Below, piece after piece: positions 1 through 14,399 of a stretch of DNA of 64,000 nucleotides (positions are counted from its first letter, which is position 1; each line of letters starts with the position of its first letter). A program made the position numbers and the translations under genes. Under the pieces are notes generated by a model. The model was not told where the DNA came from and did not search any database. It saw only the letters and a list, made by a program, of their open reading frames with translations. Source of the DNA: Macrostomum lignano (taxonomy: Eukaryota); contig NIVC01001219.1 in NCBI GenBank assembly GCA_002269645.1, positions 1-64,000 of the forward strand, read 5' to 3'.

Positions 1-435
1 GCGCCAACGGTAGATTTTAGCGCCAAAATGAGATTTAGCGCAACGATGATATTTTAGCGCCTAAGGTGAGATTTTAGCGCCAACCGTCAGATTTTAGCGC
101 CAACGTAAGATTTTAGCGCCAAAGATGAGATTTTAGCGCAAAGATGAGATTTTAGCGCCAACAGTGAGATTTTAGCGCCAAAGATTAGATTTTAGCGCCA
201 AAGATGAGATTCTAGCGCCAACGGTGAGTTTTTAGCGCCAAAATGAGATTTTAGCGCCAAAATTTGCGCCAAAGACAAGGTTTTAGCATCAATTTAGCAC
301 CAAAATCGAGATTTGAGCGCCAATTTAGCGCCAAATGTGAGATTCTAGCACCAAAGGCGAGATTTCAGCGCCAATTTAGCGCCAAAAGCAAGATTTAGCG
401 CCAAAGGCGAGACTTTAGCGCCAGTTTAGCGCCGA
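1..435. repeat. Degenerate ~20-21-bp minisatellite (GAGATTTTAGCGCCAAA core)
   Basis: About 20 imperfect tandem copies running off the window start. Confidence 0.9.
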
Positions 436-3400
436 TAGATTTTTACGTGTACTATCACTATTCTATTTAAAAATTAATAAAATCAAAACTCAAAAGTTTA
501 ACGGTGATATAGCAATTTTTTGTCGTCAAGGGGGTCCTGTTGGTATATGTCTGCCAACCCGGATCCTAAAAACTATGTCTTTTGCCTATATTATTTGATT
601 CCCAAATTTCTGTCGCGTGTCCACTCATACATGCAAATTCGACTTTCACCTGGCCATTAGAGACAGAGAGAGCGCGGCGAGGAGAGAGGGTGGGGCGGGG
701 CGGGGCGGCGCGGCGCGGCGGGATCGCAGTCGCCAACTTTTAATGCCCGACGGACGGACGACAATTCCTTCAATATTTCATCTATAGTTAATGGCTGCTC
801 AAAAATGGGGGAAACGGTTCACAGAATCTAGAGCCAAGGCATGCCTAGTCGAATATATTCGATGCATTTTTAATCAGACACTTCACGGACCCGCACCACC
901 ACAAGGGGAGGCGGCCTGCAGTTCCGTTCCTCCCACATCCGCCACTTTCTCTCTCCCCTGTCGCAGTCGGGGTCCATGCCATAGACAACAGACATCTGGC
1001 GCTCCTCTCTGGCTAGAAAGCTACTACGGCTAAGGGGCCGCCGCTGCGTTGCGTATAAAATAATATAAACTGCCGGCCAGCGCCTGCCCCGCCTGTCCAG
1101 CTTGACTATTTCATATTATTATTATTACTACATACTATAACTATTTATTATACAGAGAAGACGTCAACTTGACCATAGGCTAACAATCAAATATAGTTCA
1201 ATCCCCCTAGTCGTCACCCAGTTATTAGGAATTAAGACTAACAATATCTGATGGTATTATATCTTTAAAATACTTATAGTTTAGAAAATTCGATTACTCT
1301 TAGCTAACCTTTAAGATACTCGAGTGTCTACAAGCCATAGGGCACGGCTGGGGAAGTTGGTCCCACTTTCTATCTCTCTAATATATCTGCGTCACAAGTG
1401 GGGATAAATATTGTGTTCCTCTGTTCCAAGCTCCAATTTGAGAACAATTGAGAACACCATGTCTTACCTTGGCTGGCTACGACTCCGCCCCGCATGCCTT
1501 ATATTATAGCAAATGCATAAATTTATGACACTTATAATCATAACCTAAGACAGCTAGATATGATGATGATGACTCGAGTGGGAGGAGAAGCTGGACATTC
1601 AAGTTGATTGCCGTCGGCCATCTTAACGACAGACAAACCAATGAGTAGTTTGAGTAGCTATGGAGCTTGCAGAGGCGCTCTAAGTACCCAGAAACTAACA
1701 AAGCAACTGTTTACACAATTTATATGTTTAATAATCCAAAGTGAAGCATAGGTTTGAAGTAAAGAAACAACTGTTTTGCATAAGCAACAGGCGTGGTGTA
1801 GTTTACTTGTATTCTGCCACTAGCGCTTAACTCTCTCAGACTCTATTTTATAATGGCTCTGTGAAGATGAAAATCTTCTTTTTTAAAAGAAGAAAAGATA
1901 GAGAATCTATCGAACTGAGGTAAACAAAGACTTGCACTGTTTACTGACTGTTCATTGATAAAATAGGAACAAAGGATCAAACGCTAGGAATATCTCTATT
2001 TCCTAGTGCAATTGATTGCTTGATAAAAACTTCTATATATGGAAAAGCCGTAGCAATACTACAAGAAAATAATAATTAGAGTAGAAAATTCCTAAGCAAA
2101 CCATGTTGTGATGGCAGCAAGCGATACAACTGTTGTGAATTAATAGGCGGAGCCCCAGTCGGTCATTAAGGAGAAATCATCGGGCCATGGGGGGTGCAGG
2201 GCGATTTTTCTATTTATCCCCTAGCCTCTGTAGTGCTAGCACCCCCAATCTATAAAGGGGGTTGGTTGGGTCGGGACAGCGGGGTAGCGCATATTCGAAA
2301 TGCATTTTCTCTTACTAGTAAATGCATATAAGCAGGCGGTGGTAGGGCAGAGTTCCCGCTGCGAAGGACGCTGAGGAATAATATATCCCCGCAGATTCGG
2401 CCGCATCAGACCCCACCGGTTGAAAGCCCCTGCTTTGCCTTTCTCGACACAGTTAAAAAAAATCTCCCGCCCCCTCTCCTTTTTGATTCTTTTTAGTGGC
2501 CTCACGCCGAGCAAGCTAAGGGCTCCAAAGCTTTGCCCCGAGAGGTCGCCCGGGGGATCGGGCGGATGGTGCATTTGCGACTTATTGCAGCAAATGCTGA
2601 GGAAGCAGAGACGGGGAGAGATGGGGGGAGTGGTTCGGGTGGCAAGCTGGCAAATTCGGATACGGGGATAGCTTCAGAGAGAGGACGAGGCGCGCTTCCC
2701 CTCCCAACCCCGCTCCGCCCCGACCTGCGAGGGCCGCGTCAATCAACTACAGGATTTGGTCGATTTCAAGTGTCAATCAGATTTCGGCTTGGGCCGCCCG
2801 ACATACCGATACACAAGTCATTAGTTTGGTATACAGAGAGAGGGGTGAAGAGGGGAGAGTAAGAAGGGAAAGGAGGAGGGGAATGTGGGATTTGGGAAGA
2901 GCTGCTGCTGAGAGGGAGATGGGGGAGCAGGCAGTGGGAAAGCGGTGCCCTCAGCGGCTCGAGGCTGAAGAGGCGGCGAGCCAGCATCCAATCCGTATTC
3001 TCAAAAGCTTTCGCACTATTAAAAAAGCTTACCAGTAAGTGAGGAGGCTGGAGTAATAATATTATTAAAAATTGTGTTCAGAATGAGTTAGCAGGTGCCA
3101 AAAGCCTCGAGTGGGTGCGAACTTCAATAAGATGAAATCATCCCCCAAAAAATCCAGTTTGGCAGGTAAAAACGTAACAGGATGAGGGGTCGGTGTGACA
3201 AAAGGTGCAAATTGATCGGTCCGCTGCTTCCGCAATTTCATAGGGCGGTTATAATAATTATCGGATCATAGATTTAAAATCATAATTGGCACTCATAAAA
3301 TTGAATTTTAATTGTCTGATTTAATAAGCTAAGCTGAAAATTGGCTGAATTGTTAATGCCTAAAACCAGCCGTCAGAAAAGAATCCATACTCTATTTCAC

Positions 3401-4364
3401 AAGAGCACTGGCCGAACGGCGCCAGACATCCTGACGCTGTCCAAGCAGGTTGTCAAAAATTGACAAGAACTACTCTACGCTCGTAGATAAAAATAAAACA
3501 CGCACCGATACGAGACACACTGCTGGAGATTAAAAACCGTTTTTAATAATGACAATATACGAATCAGGTAAAGTAAATTTACTTGCAGAAGAAACACACT
3601 TAAAGAAGGCCTACAAATGAGAAAGATTTCGTGTTGTAAAAAATAGCTAGTGTTTCACAGATAGCGCCCACGCGAACACAGACAGACAGACAGACAGGCT
3701 GGCAGGCAGACAGACGACAAGGGCAAATGTTTTATAAAATTGTCAAAGCCACTGCGTGCTGGCAACCCGCTGCACTGTGACTTTGCGCTGCCACAGGCCT
3801 TAACAACACAACCTCACTCCGCGACCCCCCACTCGAGCCCACAACCCCACCCCCTCCAAGCGTTTGATTGACAACCGTTTTACACCTCTTGATAAGGACT
3901 CTAGTGGCAGGCACCCCCTCCCTATCTGGCCTTGCTTCATCACCTCTCCTCTCCTCCAGGTGTCAAGAGATGCAGCAAGCCCCTCTATGTGTGTGTCGTT
4001 TGGGCCTGGTGAAACTGCAGCATATCGCTAGCCAACTAAGAACCATCCCCTGGGGGGAGACACATTACACTACACACGGGGGCTCTACATACCTGTGTGT
4101 GAGAGAGCCGGACAGGCGGTCCCACCTAGGCATTCTTGCCTCCAAGCCTGTGTGTAAAACAAAAAACACTTTCTCTTCACTATACTGCGTCTTAATAACC
4201 TTAATAACCTCTCAGACTGAAAAACATGAAATCTAATTTCTAACTAACGCTATGAAAATGAAAAAAACACGCGTTCTCACACGCTGACTGTTCTGGGAAA
4301 AGCTGCTGGTTTAAGTTAATGAAAAATGATAGATATGAGATGCATGGAAACTATAATAACTCAC

Positions 4365-7300
4365 CACTAGATGCTGAAATAGCCACTGTTTCATTATCTG
4401 CGTAGCGCGTTTCGGTAAAACGCCGCGTTTTTGCTTGTTTTTATCGTCTAACGAATCTGTTGGACTGCCCATCTGGTGGTGATGGTGATGGCTGGACTGC
4501 TGATGGTGCTGCTGCTGATGCAGCGGAAGCGGAATATGAGTGCCGCCGCCGCCGCCAGTCGGCATCAAGCCCGGATGGTGGCCGGGCTGTCTGGGCGCCG
4601 CTGCCGAGCCGGGATATGCATAGTGGGGATAAGCTGGGCCGCCGCTGCCGCCGCCGCTGTGCAGCAGGTGATGATGCTGATGAGCGTGATGATGATCGGG
4701 GTACAGGTGCGACGGGTGGCCACCGTAGAAGCCGTTTTGGCTGCCTCCGTTGCCGGAATGGATGGCCGCTGCTGCTGCTGCGGCGGCCGCCGCGGCTGCT
4801 GCCGCCGTCGCGTGCGGCTGCTGCGAATGCGACTGGCCGCCGGCTGCCGCCGCCGTCGAGGGCGAAGCGTCGCCCGACTCGGAACTGGGCGAATTGGGCA
4901 TGGAGTCTGCGGGCGGCACAGGGCGGGACGGCGGCTCAGGGGAGTTCTTAACTGAAGACTCAGGGAGTTCGGACTGAGGACTCAGGGAGTTCGGACTGAG
5001 GACTCAGGGAGTTCGGATTGAAGACTCGAGAGCTCGGACTGAAGACTCAGGGAGTTCGGACTGAAGACTCGGGGAGTTCGGACTGAGGACTCAGGGAGTT
5101 CGGACTGAGGACTCAGGGAGTTCGGACTGAAGACTCTGCGAGTTCGGACTGAAGACTCGGGGAGTTCGGACTGAAGACTCAGGGAGTTCGGACTGAAGAC
5201 TCAGGGAGTTCGGACTGAAGACTCGGGGAGTTCGGACTGAAGACTCGGGGAGTTCGGACTGAAGACTCAGGGAGTTCGGACTGAAGACTCGGGGAGTTCG
5301 GACTGAAGACTCTGCGAGTTCGGACTGAAGACTCTGGGATTTCAGACCGAAGTCTCAGGGAGTTCGGACTGAAGACTCAGGGAGTTCGGAAGACTCAGGG
5401 AGTTCGGACTGAAGACTCAGGGAGTTCGGACTGAGGACTCAGGGAGTTCGGACTGAAGACTCAGGGAGTTCGGACTGAAGACTCAGGGAGTTCGGACTGA
5501 GGACTCAGGGAGTTCGGACTGAAGACTCAGGGAGTTCGGACTGAAGACTCAGGGAGTTCGGACTGAAGATTTAGGGCTTTCGATCCATATTTAGGAGTTT
5601 GAATTGAAATAGTGCATAGACTAAACTGATCGATCTCAACTAAGCGTAAGAATGGTTTAAAGTTAAGACTCAAGGGTTTGAGTTGAGACTCAGGGGTTCG
5701 AATTGAGACTCAGGGGTTTGAATTGAAACTCAGGGGTTTGAATTGAGACTCATGGGTTTGAACTAAGACTCAGGGCTTCATTAAACACGAATGAAGTTTA
5801 AAGCGAACACGCACCGTGCTGCAGAAAGTCGGCTTGCTGATAGCGGCACCGCACGGTATTAATATACCTCGAGCAGAAGTCGCGGCACAATTCATTGACC
5901 TTCTCCAATTCAATAATGTGAATGCCGAGCACCTGGACAGCTTCGATCATCAGTTGGTCCAAATCCGGGTTGGAGCCGCAGTCTAAGCTGCCTCTGCCGC
6001 CGCCGCTGTCGCTGCCAGTTGCAGAGTCTCGCTGTTGCTGCTGCTGCTGCTGGTGCTGCTGCAGAAACGCCTGAACATCGGCGTCAAGCGACTCCTTGCC
6101 AGATGTCTGCGTGTCCAACTGAGCCGTCGACGCCTCGCATCGTTCCAGCACGCTGGCCAGCAGGGGAAACAGAGGGTGCGCGTAGATGCACTTCTTCTCG
6201 CTTTCTTGCTGCGGATGGGCGGCGGCCAGCTCCACGGAGGTCAGAGTTGGGGCGCTGAGAATGCACGGGCGAGCGGCGAGATGTACCGATAAATTAAATT
6301 CGACACAAATCAGAGAACAGAGGCTTGTCACTCTCCGATCTCTCTAGCCGCTAAGTCACTCTCCGATCTCTCTAACCGCTAAGTCACTCTCCGATCTCTC
6401 TAGCCGCTAATTCACTCTCCAACCTCTCTAACCGCTAAGTCACTCTCCGATCTCTCTAACCGCTAAGTCACTCTCCGACCTCTCTAACCGCTAAGTCACT
6501 CTCCGATCTCTCTAACCGCTAAGTCACTCTCCGATCTCTCTAACCGCTAAGTCACTCTCCGACCTCTCTAACCGCTAAGTCACTCTCCGATCTCTCTAAC
6601 CGCTAAGTCACTCTCCGATCTCTCTAGCCGCTAAGTCACTCTCCGATCTCTCTAACCGCTAAGTCACTCTCCGATCTCTCTAACCGCTAAGTCACTCTCC
6701 GATCTCTCTAGCCGCTAAGTCACTCTCCGATCTCTCTAACCGCTAAGTCACTCTCCGACCTCTCTAACCGCTAAGTCACTCTCCGATCTCTCTAACCGCT
6801 AAGTCACTCTCCGATCTCTCTAACCGCTAAGTCACTCTCCGATCTCTCTAGCCGCTAAGTCCCGCTAAGTCACTCTCCGATCTCTCTAGCCGCTAAGTCA
6901 CTCTCCGATCTCTCTAGCCGCTAAGTCACTCTCCGATCTCTCTAGCCGCTAAGTCACTCTCCGATCTCTCTCTAGCCGCTAAGTCACTCTCCGATCTCTC
7001 TAGCCGCTAATTCACTCTCCAACCTCTCTAACCGCTAAGTCACTCTCCGATCTCTCTAACCGCTAAGTCACTCTCCGACCTCTCTAACCGCTAAGTCACT
7101 CTCCGATCTCTCTAACCGCTAAGTCACTCTCCGATCTCTCTAGCCGCTAAGTCACTCTCCGATCTCTCTAGCCGCTAAGTCACTCTCCGATCTCTCTAGC
7201 CGCTAAGTCACTCTCCGATCTCTCTCTAGCCGCTAAGTCACTCTCCGATCTCTCTAGCCGCTAATTCACTCTCCAACCTCTCTAACTGCTAAGTCACTCT

Positions 7301-10300
7301 CCGATCTCTCTAACCGCTAAGTCACTCTCCGACCTCTCTAACCGCTAAGTCACTCTCCGATCTCTCTAACCGCTAAGTCACTCTCCGATCTCTCTAGCCG
7401 CTAAGTCACTCTCCGATCTCTCTAGCCGCTAAGTCACTCTCCGATCTCTCTAGCCGCTAAGTCACTCTCCGATCTCTCTAACCGCTAAGTCACTCTCCGA
7501 TCTCTCTAGCCGCTAAGTCACTCTCCGATCTCTCTAGCCGCTAAGTCCCGCTAAGTCACTCTCCGATCTCTCTAGCCGCTAAGTCACTCTCCGATCTCTC
7601 TAGCCGCTAAGTCACTCTCCGATCTCTCTCTAGCCGCTAAGTCACTCTCCGATCTCTCTAGCCGCTAAGTCACTCTCCGATCTCTCTAGCCGCTAAGTCA
7701 CTCTCCGATCTCTCTAGCCGCTAAGTCACTCTCCGATCTATTTAACCGCTAACTCACTCTCCGATCTCTCTAGCCGCTAAGTCACTCTCCGATCTATTTA
7801 ACCGCTAACTCACTCTCCGATCTCTCTAGCCGCTAAGTCACTCTCCGATCTATTTAACCGCTAACTCACTCTCCGATCTCTCTAGCCGCTAAGTCACTCT
7901 CCGATCTACATGTATTTAACCGCTAAGTCACTCTCCGATCTCTCTAGCCGCTAAGTCACTCTCCGATCTCTCTAACCGCTAAGTCACTCTCCGACCTCTC
8001 TAGCCGCTAAGTCACTCTCCGATCTCTCTAGCCGCTAAGTCACTCTCCGACCTCTCTAGCCGCTAAGTCACTCTCCGATCTCTCTAGCCGCTAAGTCACT
8101 CTCCGATCTCTCTAACCGCTAAGTCACTCTCCGATCTCTCTAACCGCTAAGTCACTCTCCGATCTCTCTAACCGCTAAGTCACTCTCCGATCTCTCTAAC
8201 CGCTAAGTCACTCTCCGATCTCTGTAGCTGCTAAGTCACTCTCATATCTATAGAAACACTGCGATACATCGCCACCCCATTGTCACTTATCCTTTCTTTA
8301 ACTCAATCACGCAACTCTCGTATTTCGAATCGTACAGCGACTTTTATTGACTAATATTGTCATCCATCTATTAGGCATCTAATAATAATAAGCATGCGAT
8401 TTCCCGTCTGTCTCAATTCTGCCACTCAAGAAGAAATGATTTTTAAATAAAGCCGACCCCATCAAATACGAGAGACAATTTTAGACAAGAACATGAGACA
8501 ACCCAAGAACTCTGAGTCCAACCGATTAACCTAGCCGTCACTTATTCTCGCTCCTCACTCTACCAAAATATTCTGCCGCAGCGGAATATTCCCAAGCAGA
8601 CAGTGAAATCTCCATCAACCTGAAAGCAAATCGGGCCTTTCATCCCGCAGCCTCTTAAAACAGGAAGGAAAATGGGAGCTGGGAGAGAGAAAAAGAAGCG
8701 CTGAAGTGGGAAGGCGAAATGGAAGGCGATTGACAAACGGAGGGTTTGCTTGCTAGGCTTGTCTTTCAAAATTTGAATTTCTTCGTCTGACAGGTAAAAC
8801 AGAAATGCTAACACAGAATCCAGCGCCACCTGCTATTGTCACACATCTGTATACTATACTCAAAAATCCATGCTCGCCTCGAAACCCAGCAGAAATTGAA
8901 GCGTCAATCAGTTTTTAAAAAGAGAAATTCTTGCCAAAAATACTTCTAACATTCAGGCAGCCACGATAGAAGACAAAATAAAAAAAAGTAAATGTCTCTA
9001 AAACATCATCGGTATGCAGAAAGCAGACAGCAAGAAAGATTTCCAGACAAAGATAAGCATCAACGCAATGCGGAAGAAACCGTATTGAAATCGTTGGGGA
9101 TTTCAACAGCTAAATCCCTCGAAAGTTATGATCCCAACCCGGAGGAACCGAAGGGATGAAGGGCGATTTAGCGGAGTCCGTAGCTTAAGTCCCGATTGAT
9201 CCCTTAGCCTGAATTGGTTTGTGTAAGGCTTGATGATGCCCCCCGCTGAAGACTTGCATGCAGCACAAGTGTGTTTTGCGTGTGTGCAGTGTGTGCAATG
9301 ACTGGCCAAGTATCAATAACACACTCGTTTTACGATTAGTTATTTATTTCGAATCTACATAGAATTAGTTGTATAAATATAAAACATTGGCAGTTACGTC
9401 ACTGAATGCAAAGGTCGGAGCAGGAGAGAGAGATAGAGCGGAATCTGTCCTTAGACTGTATGGTCCGGATCCCAGTTCAACAGCAGATTACCAATTGTTC
9501 CAACCTGACTGTCAGTTCCAATTGCAGCATCTAGATAGGCCTAATCAACGGGTCTGTATAGCGCCAGCGGTGACAGATCCTCTTGACTGAATGCTCTAGT
9601 AGCTGAATTTGCATCTAACTCCCCGCTTGACCGGGAAAGAAGGGAGCAAGAATTCGAGAATCCAGATCGAGTGCTGAGGTCCTTGTGAGTTGAGGATAAA
9701 GTAGAAGCCTCTTCAGAGGTGTCCATCATCGGACACTCGCCGCCGCCGGTTGGCGAGGAGACAGGAACCGCCCCCCCCACACTCCGATCTCGCGGCTATA
9801 ATAAGGCGGCATTAAGGAGATCGAGTGTCTCTCTTTAACAGCTAGCGCAAGAGCAGCTCCTTTGGCCTTGCAGCGCGAGTGTAGAAGGCTACTGCTATGG
9901 GGGGGGGGCGAGGGCGAGGGGTCAGCTCGACGAGCCTCAGAGAAGGGAAGTGAAACTTTCTCTTGCTCACCACCCGTTCTCAGCTGGCTCGCCACCCATA
10001 TCAACAGTGATTGACACCAACTTATAGCGGCTTGCAACGAAGTGGGGGGTGGAGCTGAGTAGGGGGTCGAAAAGGGCCTCAATTATGAACAAGGCGGGGC
10101 TGGCCAATCTCCGCCTTCAAGCCTTGCCCCCCCCCTCCCGATCCGGAAAAAGGGATTCTCTATGCAGTGCATGCAGAGTCTCTTTGACTCAACAAGAAAC
10201 CGAATACTGTTCAAATATTCGCTATGGCAACCCGATTGGTTGAACAGACACAAATATTAAAAAATGGCTCAACACTTTACCAACTAACCACTGAGCTCTA

Positions 10301-10705
10301 TTGAAGGCCTCATGGGGAAGGCATAATAATTATTTCTATATATACTAATATGATTAGGCCGGTGGCACACACAGACAGAGAAGCCAGCAATAGCACGCAA
10401 AGATTAAATTGGGAAGGAATGCTCAGGCAAAAGCACCATACGGTCAGTAAAAGCACCAACTGTTGCTTTTTAGTATAGTTGGACAGATTAACTATTGGGG
10501 AATCAGAATAGCCACACACGCATGCGCTTAGCGGACAATAAGAATTAAATAGGACTCGATACCTTTATTGTCCTAAATGAATATATTTTTTAGCATAGTA
10601 TTAGTATTAGACTGGGTTAGCGGATAGGCAACGGATCGGTGAAGAGAGAAAATGTAAGCAGAGGGAAGGCCAACAACAGGGACTGCGCTTTGGCACCTAG
10701 AGAGA

Positions 10706-10763
<58 letters not shown>

Positions 10764-13700
10764 ACAGCGGGCCTGACAAAGGAGCTTATTGCCGCAGCAG
10801 TAGCGGCGGCAGTAATTTGAACAGTCGGGGGTTGCATGATTCACCAGAGCAGCAGCAGCGGCATAAGCTCTCTCTCTATCTCTCTCTTTCGCATTCTCTT
10901 CATATATTCTTCTCTTTCTCTTCTGCATGGCCTGTCGGGCCGCAACAGGTGTAGCTCCGCGGGGGCGAGGCAGCGAGAGGGGAGCCTTAGAGGGGAGGGG
11001 GGAGGGAGAAAGCAAAAAAACTGGAATTAAGAAGGGAAGACACGGCCAGACCAGAAGAATTTCGACACTAAAAAGAGAGGCAAGCGATTGCGCCAGGGTT
11101 TAACCTGAGGGCGAAGCTCGGAATTGGTATAGATGGGCGAAGAAAATGAGGATAGATGCTAATCCCTCCATCCCCAGAATGCTGACTGACCATTTGACCG
11201 GGCTGCACACTCTACCCTGCATGTAACTCTTTGAAATATAACTTTGAAACTGAACATGACAAATATGAGATAGAACTAATATTACCTATTCTGAATAGAA
11301 GATATTACTTACCGGTATAAGGCATTTCAAACAGCTTAAAGAAGCTTAAAGAATGACGACCAGGTCTGAGCATCTTGGATGGTGGAAGTCCAACATGAGG
11401 ATCTTGGATTGTGGAAGTCCAACATGAGGATCTTGGATTGTGGAAGTCGAACATGAGGATCTTGGATTGTGGAAGTCTAATATGAGGATGACCTGAGAGA
11501 TCTGGGAGGGTGACTGCTCAAGCCTGAAGATCCGGGAGGGTACCTGCTCAAGCCTGAAGATCTGAGAGAGTGACTGCTCAAACCTGAGGATCTGAGAGAG
11601 TGACTGCTCAAACCTGAGGATCTGAGAGAGTGATTGCTCAAACCTGAGGATCTGAGAGAGTGATTGCTCAAACCTGAGGATCTGGGAGGGTGACTGCTCA
11701 AGCCTGAAGATCTGGGAGGGTGTGGTTACTCAGCCTGGAGATTTTGGCGCAAAAACAAAATTATCAATCAAAATATACTAGTAAAGTCCTAACGATCAGC
11801 GCAACTCTCGCTAGTAAATTAGCATGCTCGGCAAGACGACCGTGAATCTGAGGAAGAAGTCCCTCCAACCCCCATTCCCCGCATAAGACGTCTCAGCCAG
11901 GCCGCCCCGAAGCGGCTCTCGACACAAGTCCAACAAAACTTCCACACTCCTCTTATAAAACCCGCTTTTCCCAAACCACATAAGGGTCGCAGAGAGAGAG
12001 GGAGCAGCAGCTATAGCTTTGCGAACCAGATCGGGGCGGGGCTGTCAATCAAGTAGCAAAACTGCGTGCATGTGGCCAGCGCAGGTGGTGGTCAGCGTGT
12101 GCTGAGAACTGGCAGCAGAGTCTTATCTCCCGCTCTCTCTCTCCCCCCTTTCTTTTATTATTCTTAACTGCGCGCATAGGCGGAGTCCGAATTGTCTAAT
12201 AGCTATCTAGAGTGTTGCGTCTGCGTTCTCACCATTTTGGAACAAGAAAGTTTAGTCAGTCAGTCAGTGCTCAGTAGTATATGCTAAGTATCCCTGGATA
12301 ATGGTGTCTATCTATATTCATTAAAATATGAGCTAGACTTCAATATGTTTTATACTTCACTGTTGTTTCAACTACTAGAAAAATGGTATGCACCGCAATA
12401 ACCCCCAAGGCAGCTAGCTCTAACAAGTGACTTCTGCTAGCTAGCAGTCATCAATCGAGAATAGTGGCAGACAACTCTTGCGCAAGTGGAAGCCAGGGCC
12501 AGACTTGTTGCACTTTTTTGTCGTTTTCTGTTATACACTGACTCAGCCACTCAAGCAAATGACAGAGGTCTATTTCTTAAGCACTGGTCTCTCCGCCAGA
12601 TAGGGTAATAAGCTAGAGACATGGCATCGGACAGGACCACTTCACTTTCACCAAGGAGGAGCTGCTCTGTAAAATTCTTGTTTCGTTGAGAAGACACTTT
12701 GGAAAACAGTTCTTTAAAAAAGGTAGAGAAGAGAGGAGAGACCAGAGCAGGCAGCGGAGACAGAAGTCATAGAGTCAGCATATCGACAATCAACAGGCAA
12801 AGTTAGCGACGGTTTTAGCAAAGCGGAAGATGAACCCAACTGGGGTTTTCCCTGGATAGGGGGGGAGAACTTCGGCGCACCGGGGGTCCTGCACGAGGCT
12901 TCCTGTCCGCATGTGCAGCTCCAGTCTTCCTCAGAGAGAGAGAGAGGAAAAAGGCGAAAGCAGTCCTAATTGATTTTAAATTATTTCTATGCTTCTAGCA
13001 CTCCATTATGACTTGATAACAGGGCCTGATTAAGGTTGAACTGCTTCGTATAAGTTAGGACCGCTTGGGCAGCTTGGCTAGACGACAACTGACACGCAGT
13101 CAGCTGCCACTTGGGGGAGGATAGAAGCGGGCCCAGGGGATAAGGGGACAGTTGCGCTGAAATCCCCAAGGAGAGAAGAAGGCGCGAAGGAGGAGGCGGA
13201 GTTCAAGCAGCAGAAGAAAAAGAAGCAGGACGATACGGAAATCTTTTCCAGAAAAAGCAAGGAGTTTTTAAGCCTTTAAAGACTAATTCTCCGCAAGCTG
13301 CACTCTTGCATCGCAATGAAGGCCATGCCTCTTTTTCCACACACCTGGAGAAACGGAAAATGGGAAAAAAGATAGAGAAAAATTGGGGAGAAATCAAGAG
13401 GCTGGTCCGCGACAGAGAAAGAGAAGATTTTCTCTCTCTTTTTTCATTTGCCTTCTCCCCTTCTCTTCTGGTGCCAAAAAAATCTAGAGATTGTAAAATC
13501 AAATTGCACAGTAACAAGCCGAGCTTTTTTACAACTTAATTTTTCTTTTGAAAGTTGTCTGTGCTTCTTATAAATCCTACAGTAGATTCAGTCTGTCTGT
13601 ATAAACGAGATGATTTTTAATTTAAATAATCGCTACACGCAAGGGAACTGAGAACTATTAAACCGGAGGCATACAGAGGGAAAAGTCATCATATCAGTAC

Positions 13701-14362
13701 AGTATGCAGGTAACTTATTAACACAGTATTGTCGCTAAAGTTCGCCATGTAATAACAGCTGTTCCTATCTAGCCAGCTGGTTTTACTTATATTATATAGA
13801 GTAACGGACTGGCAAAGTGTGAAAAGAAGAATTCAAGCTGTTCACCTGAAGCTATCCACCAAGCACACACTGTAGCACTTTTTGTGCAAAGTTAAGCTAG
13901 ATAATTAAATACTGATTTTATATACAACTGAAGTTATTCAGTTATATCTACAGATTTTAAGGTCTTGACCCGTGACAGTTATACTATGACATCGGCATTA
14001 CATAATCATATACATGTAAGATAAGATCTGAAAATTCTGAAAAAATACTTCCGCTAAAGACTCTCCTTTCAACTTCAGCACAATCTACCATTGCACAAAA
14101 CTAAAAAACACAGGTTGAAACAATGAGCCACTCACTTGTGCAAATCCTGCATTAGGCTATTAGTAGTCGAGGACACCAGATTAACCTGAGTAGAATTACT
14201 AATATTGTTGTTGTCTAGTTGTGCCCGGCAGCGCTGTTGTACAGTGCCAGCATCCCGGCGATGATGGGGCAAACCTGCGAATGATGATGATGATGATGAT
14301 AATGGTGATGATGAAGCGGCAACGGGCAATATGGCGCTGCTGTCTTCAGCTTCCTCTTCTTC

Positions 14363-14399
<37 letters not shown>

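Noticed and set aside
1-4364. Search for the remaining PREP homeodomain exon (HPYP...WFINARRR)
   Set aside because: No matching minus-strand sequence was found by eye; it presumably lies before base 1, so the gene was not called a pseudogene
4460-6292. Alternative-frame and antisense poly-A/poly-R ORFs over the PREP exons (likewise over iGluR and unknown-gene exons)
   Set aside because: Shadow ORFs of GC3-rich coding sequence
9541-9780. Ser-rich minus-strand ORF as an alternative first exon of PREP
   Set aside because: Only weak phase-2 donors (GTCAAG, GTTAGA) and no homology cue
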